A DNA stretch of 63,833 nt, filler included, from Craspedostauros australis (Eukaryota): NCBI GenBank assembly GCA_030167865.1. It is 10 parts of 10 records of this genome, joined end to end, with 100 filler letters (N's around TTAATTAATTAA, not from the genome) between each part and the next. Parts side by side here need not be neighbours in the genome. Positions count along the whole stretch, not along the records: positions 1 to 8,918 come from JALAGF010006335.1; positions 9,019 to 14,503 come from JALAGF010006337.1; 8 more parts are not named here. One strand, given 5' to 3'. The first letter of the stretch is position 1, and the number at the start of each line of letters is the position of its first letter. Both the position numbers and the translations under genes were made by a program. Below are positions 1 to 10,255 of this stretch, piece by piece. Below the pieces are notes generated by a model, which did no database searches, was not told where the DNA came from, and saw only the letters and a list, made by a program, of their open reading frames with translations.

Positions 1-317
1 GTCATGGATGATGCCCTTTCTGAGTTGTTCTAGTCCCTGGCTGACACATGCCATGATCTCCAGATGGGGTGATCATCAATGTGTTGGTCATCATCTTCCT
101 TCACATGATTTAGATATCGTGGCCTTTTCTTGATTCACAGAGGACAGGCTTGTTTTCTTGGTAGGACTGAGGTCATTCCCGTGTGATTCGTGTCGTGGTT
201 GGAATGGATAATATTCAAAGGTGTGACGAATAATATCCAAAGGTGTGACAAATAATGTTGGGAGTTGCGGCAATCATGGGTATCTTTCCGACAGAGTCGT
301 ACCCTCGATTCCTGACA
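1..317 (-). mobile_element. Probable LTR or repeat insertion starting TGTCAGGAATC (runs off the window)
   Basis: Starts with TG exactly where the PS-repeat coding pattern stops. The same TGTCAGGAATC start recurs at 12825 and 60945 (+). Confidence 0.4.
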
Positions 318-1961
318 GGAGGGCAGTGCAGACGGCGTCTCGGACGGAACCCGCGATGGAGTGTCTGACGGAGAAAATGAGGGCGTCCAAGAGGGCGAAA
401 TGGTTGGGGCGCTGGTTGGACTGGACGTGAGAGGTGTGGGGAAAGGAGTGGGAGAAAAAGTCGGAGAGTCTGTGAGCAGGGTATCCTTGCCAATACAGTA
501 CTCCTCCACTTTTTCACCAGTAGGATTGCTCCCGGAGCTGCTGCCTCCCTCAGGACAGGCTCCATCGATATCGCCAATGAAGTAGAATTCATCAGGGCTG
601 CACTCGTCCTTCGTCATGCATCCCCTGCAGCCTTCAACACTGCCGCATCCATCAGGAGGGACGATGATGTCGGTTCTCATCCTGTCACTGAAGCCCATCT
701 TCTCGCATGACCCGTCGGCAGCGCAACCACCAGCACCAATGGTCAGGCTGCTTGCGCGCTTGCCAGCAGTACCATAGTTGACAGTGGAATGGGCATCCTT
801 GCAGGCATTGCTGCCAACGCACGCATTCTCACCGATGTCAATGTGGCTGCGGATGCGGATGGTGGCCTTCTGCACGACGCGGCGTCCAGCTGACTTGCAT
901 GCGTCTGATCCGATGCATGCACCAGAATGGATAGTCACATCACCATGGGAGCGGCGTCCTACTCCCTCACAAGATTGAGGGGTGGTGCATGCCATCTCAC
1001 CGACGAAGGTGACACCTGTGATGAAGGGATTGATCTCGTTCTCATTTATCAACTCGCATGCACTCGCGCCAGTGCAGGAGGAATCGAGGATGAGGGGATT
1101 GGGGCCCATATCCTTGCATGCGCTGTCACCAGTGCATGCTGTGATGGCGATGGTCATGAATGGAGGAGAGTTGGAGGCGGAACCGGTGACAGAGGTGCAT
1201 CCCGAGGGTCCTTGGCAGCATGGGTCTGCGACGGGAGGTGACTTGGCCATTCCAATGGTCATGCAGGCCTCCTCCATTGCATCCGCTCGCTCGGTGACGA
1301 GAAGCAGGTTGGTGGCAGCGACCAGGGCCAATTGGCCAGCAAGGATGTTGCTGGATGCGTACGTATTGAAGAGCTTGCGAGCAGCTCCTTCACCGAGGTC
1401 TCCTGCACATCCAAAGAAGTTCTGAAGCTGCTCGGATTCCTTGACGGCGCTGATGGCTTCGCGGCAGGATGGCTTGTTCGCATCGCAGATGATGGTCTTG
1501 GTGCTTACCTCTTGTGATGAGAGGATGGTGGCACCGTCCGGCTTGCAAGCGACTTCGATGGTCGCATCGAAGGGCTCTGGGTCAGAGGCTGGTTGAGTGG
1601 TAGGCGGCATTGAGGGCATCTCAGCTGGAGGGCCCGTTGGTGGTCCGGTCGGTTCATGCGTCGGCGAGGTAGTCGGAGGACCTGTGGGTCCAGCAGTCGG
1701 CGATCCAGTCGGCAACGCGGTTGGCGCAGAGTTCTCGGGAGTACCCGGGTTGTCTGTGGGAGGCTCTCGTTCGGCCTTGTTTTGTTTCGCCGCCTTTGCG
1801 TTGTCATCAGCGCCGGCCTTGAGGGCGCGGATCCTGTTCATCGCCGTGCGGAGTTCTTTTGTTGGATCCACGGGGGTCCGGTTACCACGGAGCACGGCAT
1901 GAGTCAACACCATGTCGGAGAGGAAGAGCACAGCCACGATGGCTGCCTTCATGTTGATCAT
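318..1961 (-). CDS. Secreted Cys-rich / Pro-Ser-Thr mucin-like cell-surface protein (family member 1). The 3' end is probably interrupted by an insertion at 317; the ORF reads through to a stop at 135.
   Basis: Signal-peptide-like MINMKAAIVAVLFLSDMVLTHA, PT-rich linker, a helical Cys domain, repeated xACxGxxAC motifs, then PS/PT repeats. Aligns closely with the paralog at 59342-60691. After PSETPSALPS the protein becomes unrelated sequence starting at TGTCAGGAATC (minus strand). Confidence 0.8.
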
Positions 1962-4900
1962 GTGGATCATGGTTGCTTGGTGGTTGCTGCTTGTCGGTTG
2001 CTTGGATTGCGCACTGCAATTCTTTTTCGTGTTCGACACGGAGAGAGCAGCGCAGAGTAGAGCAGTGTGGATTGCGGGCATATGTACTCGTACCGGCGGG
2101 ATACGAGAGGTGTGGGATTGAGTTGAGTTGGGCAGAGCAGAGCGGAGTTGGAGTCGATGACACAGTATGCCACCACCATGCAAAGCAAGCGCATGATCGA
2201 AACGACAGGCGTGGGGGACGCGTGACATCATTACGCATCACACCTCCCATGACGATGGCAGCTGATCCGATGGGAGCGTCCTCCCAAGATGCTGCCGGTG
2301 TTGCTGATGATCCTGACGTGTGCACCTGCTTGAGGCAGCACGCTGTGTCGGGCAGGACGAGTGCTGCGAACAAATCCTCCCGTCGTTGGCTCCGCGCCAT
2401 GCAGGGAAATGGTCATCTTGCAAACCAGCATCTGCAATTGCTCGATGAGCGGGACGCACCTTTGGTTTGTATCTGGCTTTGGCCGAAGAGAGGCTTGTGA
2501 TCACCTGGCAATGCCTGTCGATTGCTGTGTGGTGATGCTGTGCTTCGGAGTCCAATCTGTTCGTCGATTGTTTTTATGAGAGATGTTGTGTGGATGTTGT
2601 TGAAGGCAACGAAGTGATTTTCACGGACGCAAATCCACATGCACATGCAGTGAGAGACGCAGAGAGGAATAGTGCGATGGGCACTGTGGTATTGTTGCTG
2701 CATCAACGACAGACGTATACTCCTCTCTCCACTACTCTGCTCATGTGTGCACGCACCCACTTGTGGAGTCGAGTATTTGGAGGAGCATTGCTCATTCATT
2801 CATTTGTTTGCTCGTTCTTTCATCCGATCCTTCATCTCTTCAGCTCAGTCCACCAGCGTGATCCGCACCAACGACGACTGGTTCCAGTCCTGTCGGTGTC
2901 CACTCATTTCTCGATGTTCTCTCGGTGAGGCTGTGGTCACGACCGCCTCCGAAAGAGCAAGAAACCAGCAACTTCGCGAACAGGAACTGTCGTGTTGAGA
3001 TTTATTGACATCGGTCGGAAGTGCGAGTTTGTCGAGATTTATTGATCCATAATAAAGGAACAATGACAGTTCTGTCTAACAAGAAACGAAAGCAAAACCA
3101 TCACATCACACAACCACCCAAAACAACAAGGAATTATGAACCGGCGTCGACTCTGTCCACCCCACGAAAGAGTATTTATTGTGTTGTTCTCCGTGACAGC
3201 TTTGTTGCCCCCTGTCATTGATTTGCGTCACGGAGAAAATCCGGTATCGGAAGGTTGATCACATCAGTGTTGGTGGTCTGTACGGAATGAGCGATCGAAC
3301 CATAAATCCCCTCAGAGAGCCCAAATTCTGTTGGGACGCAACAACACCCCAGCTTCTGTTTGTTATCGTCCGCTGAAGTTGATGTCCATTCTGCAGTCAA
3401 TGCCACCGTGGGGTGGAAGACAGAAACAGACAGGAAAAGAGAGGGCGGAGAGAGAACGAGAGAGGGAGAGAGAGAGAGAGACCATTGTGTTGCATCACCA
3501 TATTCGCCTGTTCTCGTATGGTAAATGCTTCAACAGAACAGTCCTCTCGATCATTCCAAACACACGTTCTGTCTCTGCGAGAGCAGCGACAGTCGTACCA
3601 GCATCATTGTAACAACAAAAGTAGCGACATTGACGACGGCAATGCCAATGGCAGCGCATCATGAGCGTGTGCGCGATGAGAAGCACAACCAAGACCATGA
3701 GCACGACCAACCTCAAATTCGTTGCAGCGTGCGTCATTCGTGATTTCTGTATAGGGTTCTCTCGACGAAGATTAAACAAGCCTGACCTCGGAGAAACGCA
3801 AACGTGAAGGGAGGCTTGTGCGCCTGACGTCCACAAGTGACGTCACCAGACGAGGAAAACGGGAAGCGGTTGTGGCAACATCCCAGCCCCTACGAGGCGT
3901 AGCAATTCCGACAATTGAAAACCCGCAACGAACCATTAATACTCCAGACTGAGAGACAGACAGACAGAGAGCGGTGCCAGATCAACTCACGTTTGTTGAC
4001 AAAATACGGCACAGCGGATGCGCTGGTCGATCCGCACGTGTTTAGTGCAATGCATGATGCTTCGCTCCGACGTTGAGTGATGTCTCTCCCTCTCAAACGT
4101 TCTGGACTTTGCTCGAGATGACTATTGGATACTTCACGAGGAACCACCTCATTCGACAACCGAATCGATGGACACGATGGCAACCGCACACACAGATTCC
4201 ATTTCAATAGACAAGTTTCGCATTCCACTCGGAGGACCTCAGACGCCATGTCACATGCGAGCAATTCGATCGAGTCGACCAACACTTTGAAATGGACATT
4301 CTAACTTGTTGTCTCCGATGTCCAAGCCAAGCACATATCTATAATCCTTATAATCTCCTTATAAATGATTAACCGATACATTCTTGGGTTAGACCCTGTT
4401 TTCAGTTTTATGGATGGCTGAATGTGTTCATTCTAGCCACATGTGTCCAACAGCACAAAACTCGTTGGTTTTTGCCGAAGGTTCTATGATGTAGTTGAAG
4501 TTCATCTAAAGAACAGACTACTTTCCACTTAGTGTATCCTGTGTCGCACTATGAAATTGTTTTTGGCGCGTAAATGTTGGGGCGAAACCTTCCACCTACA
4601 AATACGAAAAACTCCTATTCTCCCTCCTTCTCCCACTCTTACTCACGAATCACTGCTGATTCAAAACTCACTTGAATCACCGAGATCAATGTACTCCGGG
4701 AACTATATGCTCCTCTGAAATCTCGTGTTGCACCTAACTCTGATTCCATTGTCAGCCATGTCAACTACCGACTTAACTCGACGACAACAAGGAGATCCTC
4801 CCTGCTTCAACATGAGCAGGGAATCTAACACCAATTCGTGTCGCCTGACAACCTGCGTTCTCAACCATGACTTCAATCAAGATGTCAAGCCTTTGTACTC

Positions 4901-5251
4901 GAGCATAGAATGACTACCACAGATAGTGGAGAGAGAGAGAGAAAGAGATTGTCCGTTCTCAGCACTGAACCTCTGATGATCAGTGCAGAGCCACACCATC
5001 CAACTGAGCATCGTTTCTTCATCCTACATCTTAATCTGATCAACTCACAATGCAGACTATTCAATATAACAAATTGCACAACTCAAGATCAGCACAGCAA
5101 CTCTAATCTATTCATTGTCAACTACTACAATCTTCTCAGACAGTCATCCTTCGCCAACTGCAACCCCAGCTTCATTGAAACTGGCAGTCAGCTAGGCCTT
5201 CTCTTCCGGATTGTGTCACAACGTTACACGAAAATCCAACTTGCGTGTATA

Positions 5252-6198
5252 TGTTAAGATGTACATGTATATGGGAGTTAGGATTCGGGTTCAGTTGGCG
5301 CGAATCGGTAGGAGATGCCTCACAAACTACCGGTTTTGGGATAACCGTGTAGTGCAGTTCAAGAGGGGTGTACTGGATTGAAGATGTGTTACTGCAACAA
5401 TGAGTAGATGAGTGCTTTTGAACAAATCTCTGTCTGGTTACTATGAGTTAGCTAGTAGTATTGGTAGGATGAAGAAACGATGTCACACAGCTTGATAGGA
5501 CCCTGCACTGATGTACTTGGTTTGTTGGCAAGTTCCGCTCACGGTAACCTACGATCGTGGAAGATGATGTTGGTTGATAGTCATCTGTTTGCTATTTCAT
5601 TACTTGGTTACTCCGATACTCTCGGTGTACACCAGTTGTCTTGCCTGATGCTCTCGGTGCTTCAATCTGTTTCGTAGATTCAGTCTCCGACTATGAGTCG
5701 GTACGCGAGATCCTCTCTCGCTCCTCTCTGTATTCTCTCTCTCTCTCTCAACATCGTGTACTCGTGCTACACGATACTCCGTGTTCAATGCATACTCCGC
5801 ATTCGACACTCCGTTCGTTCAGTACTGGCTCCTACTCCATGAGTACTTGCTATTTGAAGTTCACCTTCTGTATCCATGATCTTCATGGGTCATCGGATCT
5901 TCGCCTCCTGCTCTGACTTGGAGACAGATGTCGACGTGGTGACATGATGACATCCAGTCGACGTCAGTAGGCGTCCTTCTGCTCTCCAGATGTCACGTTC
6001 CATTGGTGATGCAGTAGTCTGTCAGATGATATTGTCATCTGAGGTTTAGTTGGGAAGTACCTCGAGATTCTCTTGGTACCATTGATGGATGGACGGACGA
6101 TCTTCNAATTCTCTCAGAAATCGTCATTTGCAAATTTCCTCCAGAAATCTTGCCCCTTTTCATGTGTTCCGTTTCCCCTGTAATTCTGACGAATCACA
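5252..6198 (-). mobile_element. Candidate solo LTR (~950 bp) nested in another LTR-like repeat
   Basis: Minus strand reads TGTGATTC...CATGTACATCTTAACA (TG...CA). Flanks GTATA (5247-5251) and GCATA (6199-6203) form a 4/5 matching 5-bp TSD. The end motif resembles CATGTACATCTCGACA at 6313 and 6905. Confidence 0.5.
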
Positions 6199-6225
6199 GC
6201 ATACTATCGACACGAATGTAGTTAT

Positions 6226-6905
6226 ACCGTCCAAGTGTGTATGAGAGAATAACGGGTGAACGATGCACATATACACGTACATGTCGACATATACTCACAT
6301 GTACATCTCGACAGACGCAGCCACTTTTCCCGGGACCTGCAGAGCCTGTTGTTCGGAGATGTTCCTCAGGTGCACTGCACACACGACAACCAGCCACGCC
6401 TGTTCATACCGATGCGCAAAGCGATGCGCCGCAGCCACAAACCCCAAACAATGAGACAGACGCATGCTCTCATCGGATCCACAGATCAAAGAAATCGCGT
6501 GCAATGGCGTCGGCAACTTCTCCCATTGCTCGTCATCTTTGTCGGCCATATCCCTAATGAGTTTTTTGCTGACAAATTTGGCACATGTGCCAAATTTGTC
6601 ACTTCTTTTGGGTTCGCATCAACAGCGCACGTTGGCCTCCACGTGTAGGTGGCAAGATCGCATGCCAGACCAACATGGTCCTTCAGTGTGGTGGCTTCTC
6701 TCATTGTTTAACTGGAACCTTCTGGCGCAGGCAATTTCCGCTGCAAACAAGGCCACATAAGGAATTCNNNNNNNNNNNNNNNNNNNNNNNNNNNNNNNNN
6801 NNNNNNNNNNNNNNNNNACCGTCCAAGTGCGTATGAGAGAATAGCGGGTGAACGATGCACATATACACGTACATTTCGACATATACTCACATGTACATCT
6901 CGACA
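6226..6905 (+). repeat. Two copies (6226-6313 and 6818-6905) of an LTR-end-like sequence ending CATGTACATCTCGACA
   Basis: Near-identical ~88-bp direct repeat with a few substitutions. The second copy abuts and truncates the SIT reading frame at 6905/6906. Confidence 0.65.
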
Positions 6906-7891
6906 ATCGGAGACTCTGAAGATGTTCTTGCCAGTTCCGACCTCGACATCGAGAGTGGTGACACGGGCGATGATGAAGAAGCACATGGTCACGCAGATCT
7001 GACGTCCGATCATGAATCCTGGAAGGTTGCGTCCGTCACGCGGAAGAGGAGCTTGCAGGTCTTGCGGGCCATTGGGTGGTCTCCACGCTCCTCCTTTGGA
7101 AGCTTGGCGACAGCGAAGAAGGCGATCTGCATACCCTCGAGCATACCCACGATGGACATGAAGAGGAAGAGGAGGATGCCAACCATGGCGTAGCACAGGA
7201 TGGCGAGGGAGATGAGGATGCGGCCCCAGTAGAAGAGGTTCTGGGCACCGTCACGTGGTGGTTCCTTCGACTCGATTTCCTTGCCGGAGGCCCAGACGAA
7301 GAACATCTGGACGAGGTAGCACGAGTGCAGAAGTCCAGAGAAGTCGATGGCGAGGGCGACATAGAGGGTGAAGACGGCGAAGAAGTTGTTGACGCAGTCA
7401 AGCATGCAAAGGGAGGCGTTGACTTGGGAGTTGAGCTGTCCGGCTTGAGCGGCCATGAGGATCATGGCAGCTCCGGATCCGAGGAAGATCTGGATGATGA
7501 TGTCTGGGAGTCCGAAGACTTCGGCGTCGGCGAGCGGGGCACCGCACTGGTTGATGGTGAAGACCATGAGGAGGACCATGAACTGACGTCCTATGAGGTA
7601 GTGATCGAGGTTGTCACCCTTGTGGGCGAGGGAGGTGCACTTGTGGCTGGTTGGGTGGGATTCGACGTAGAGGTCGCGGTCGACTGGTGGGAGACCGACG
7701 AGAGAACCCTGTCCTCCCTCCGCCATGTTGAGCCAGACGAGGGTGGCGATCATGATGACGACGGCGACCACTGGGTGGACCTCGGACGAGACCTTGGTCT
7801 ACTCATTGAAGATGAGTCCGCAGACGATGGTGATCGAGAAGATGAAGAGTCCGGTGGAGTACACCGACTTGACGAGCTGAATGGGATCCAT
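6906..7891 (-). pseudogene. SIT: Silicon (silicic acid) transporter pseudogene
   Basis: All four GXQ motifs are present (EGGQ, GRQ, EGMQ, GRQ), as is CMLD. Lesions: in-frame TAG at 7799-7801 (FNE*TKV), an apparent internal deletion after LAILCYAM, a frameshift near 7040 (LFR then DGRNLPGFMIGRQ in another frame), and 3' truncation by an LTR-like repeat. Confidence 0.92.
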
Positions 7892-8446
7892 CTTGGCTGT
7901 TGTTGTTTGTTGCTTCTTGTTGCTGCGATGCATTGCAGAGATTGCAATGGTTGAAATTGTGAGTGATGCAAAGTCAGGTTCAATGAATGTCGTGAAGGCA
8001 TGTGTGGTTGTACGTGGTCGTATGCTGTCGGTGGAACGCATTGGTTTCGAACAAAACGGATGTGAAACGATCGCATGGAGACGCGCACACATTGAGGACA
8101 AAGCGATTTGTGGCGTGATTTTGACACCATGGCAGAGAGTAGACTGCTCAACGCTCTGCGAACACAAGATGATGATTGTAGAGTGGTTGATTGTGTATTG
8201 TATTTTTTGTTGTATTCTATTGTATTCTATTGAGTGTATTCTATTGTATTCTATGTTCTATGTTCTATGGTGTATGGGGTGCTGTATGGTTGCTGTGTAG
8301 ATGGTTGCTGTATTGGTGTTGGTGCTCGGTCGTGATGAGATTCACTTCCTTGCGTGAAAAATTGCGTGTGGAGATGTGCGAGAATGTATGTGCACGGGGA
8401 TGCGTGAGGATTCACAACAAGCCTCGTCGTGCTGCAGCGCATTGGT

Positions 8447-8918
8447 TTATGCCATGACACTGTCATCCGAAGACTGAAGACGAGCCATGAAGAGGTCGGT
8501 CATGCGGTTGCCGCCCTGAAGCTTCGCAGACTTCACGATGCTTGACACATCCTTGTCCCAGATCTCCTCGTAAGACTTGATCAGTCCGGACACTGGGCAG
8601 CGCTTCATGACGACGGTTCCGCTCAGGAAGCACTTGGGCGAGAATGGACCGCGGAATGTCAAGTCCTCCTCGAAGCGGAAGGTCACGGCGTGCTTGGTCA
8701 CCGAAAGGGTGTCCTCGATGAGTCGCGACTCGCATTCAGCTGCGTCAAAGAGCATGCGGCAGCCGCGGACCCATTGCTCGCGGTAGTACTTGCCGTCAAG
8801 GTCGGATCCGTCCTTGAAGGTGGCCTGCTCGTCATAGATGGATTTGGTGACATCGGCGGTGACGAGCGACTTCTTGTTGACGATGTCGCTGATGATGATC
8901 TGTGCCAGTTGCTCGTCC
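8447..8918 (-). CDS. 3' fragment of an NTF2-like / DUF2358-type protein (5' end lost at contig edge)
   Basis: Open frame from the gap: LVTADVTKSIYDEQATFKD...FRFEEDLTFRGPFSPKCFLSGTVVMKRCPVSGLIKSYEEIWD, a pattern I recognise from DUF2358-type proteins. Codon usage is strongly coding-like. Confidence 0.6.
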
Positions 8919-9018
8919 NNNNNNNNNNNNNNNNNNNNNNNNNNNNNNNNNNNNNNNNNNNNTTAATTAATTAANNNNNNNNNNNNNNNNNNNNNNNNNN
9001 NNNNNNNNNNNNNNNNNN
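8919..9018. other. Artificial contig linker N44-TTAATTAATTAA-N44. The 12-mer is at 8963 and recurs at 14548, 19319, 23426, 28959, 33404, 57112, 59286 and 62658.
   Basis: Identical 100-nt structure nine times. The 12-mer gives stop codons in all six frames, a standard concatenation spacer. Confidence 0.97.
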
Positions 9019-10255
9019 TGAGATGAACATCGTCAATGGCAGATGAACATCGTCAATGGCAGATGAACATTGTCAATGGCAAATGAACTATCTGTCAACA
9101 TCGAATGAACTATTGTTAACACATTCCAACTACAGGAGGATGGCACAAGTCCCATGAAATGGCTGACTTGTGGGGGAGGAGGGGGAACTACACCATTCCA
9201 ACTACAGGAGGATGGCACAAGTCCCATGAAATGGCTGACTTGTGGGGGAGGAGGGGGNNNNNNNNNNNNNNNNNNNNNNNNNNNNNNNNNNNNNNNNNNN
9301 NNNNNNNNNNNNNNNNNNNNNNNNNNNNNNNNNNNNNNNNNNNNNNNNNNNNNNNNNNNNNNNNNNNNNNNNNNNNNNNNNNTGGCACAAGTCCCATGAA
9401 ATGGCTGACTTGTGGGGGAGGAGGGGGAACAACACCATTCCAACTACAGGAGGATGGCACAAGTCCCATGAAATGGTTGACTTGTGGGGGAGGAGGGGGA
9501 ACAACACCACCAACTGTGATACTCACACATCCACATGCTCACACACACACACACGCTGCCACACCATACAACCAGCCACAACACACAACAACACGTGAGA
9601 CCGTGATGCAACAGTCAACACCAAATGAACTATCTGTCATCATCAAATGAACTATCGTCAACATCATTCCAACTACAGGAGGATGGCACAAGTCCCATGA
9701 AATGGCTGACTTGTGGGGGAGGAGGGGGAACTACACCATTCCAACTACAGGAGGATGGCACAAGTCCCATGAAATGGCTGACTTGTGGGGGAGGAGGGGG
9801 NNNNNNNNNNNNNNNNNNNNNNNNNNNNNNNNNNNNNNNNNNNNNNNNNNNNNNNNNNNNNNNNNNNNNNNNNNNNNNNNNNNNNNNNNNNNNNNNNNNN
9901 NNNNNNNNNNNNNNNNNNNNNNNNNNNNNNNNNNNNNNNNNNNNNNNNNNNNNNNNNNNNNNNNNNNNNNNNNNNNNNNNNNNNNNNNNGGAGGATGGCA
10001 CAAGTCCCATGAAATGGCTGACTTGTGGGGGAGGAGGGGGAACAACACCATCAACTGTGATACTCACACATCCAGGTGCTCACACACACACACACTGCCA
10101 CATGATACAACCAGCCACAACACACAACAACACGTGAGACCATGATGCAACAGTCAACTCCAAATGAACTATCTGTCAACATCAAATGAACTATTGTTAA
10201 CACATTCCAACTACAGGAGGATGGCACAAGTCCCATGAAATGGCTGACTTGTGCC
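9019..10255 (+). repeat. Higher-order tandem array: 20-22-bp ATGAAC repeats + 72-bp units + CA-rich linker, repeated with ~540-bp period
   Basis: 72-bp unit CATTCCAACTACAGGAGGATGGCACAAGTCCCATGAAATGGCTGACTTGTGGGGGAGGAGGGGGAACWACAC (e.g. 9122 and 9194). The linker at ~9510-9620 recurs at ~10050-10160. Copy number is obscured by N gaps. Confidence 0.95.

Noticed and set aside
1962..2231. N-terminal extension of ORF 135-2231 (and similar extensions at 41631-41711, 47277-47297, 53123-53443)
   Set aside because: Paralog alignment or composition places the starts downstream; the extensions look like UTR.
8963..8974. Recurring TTAATTAATTAA palindrome as a biological site (e.g. piggyBac target or PacI array)
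   Set aside because: Always centred in 44+44 Ns, so it is an artificial contig spacer.
9122..10255. CRISPR-like array
   Set aside because: Units are head-to-tail with no unique spacers, the linker itself is repeated, there are no cas genes, and the context is eukaryotic.
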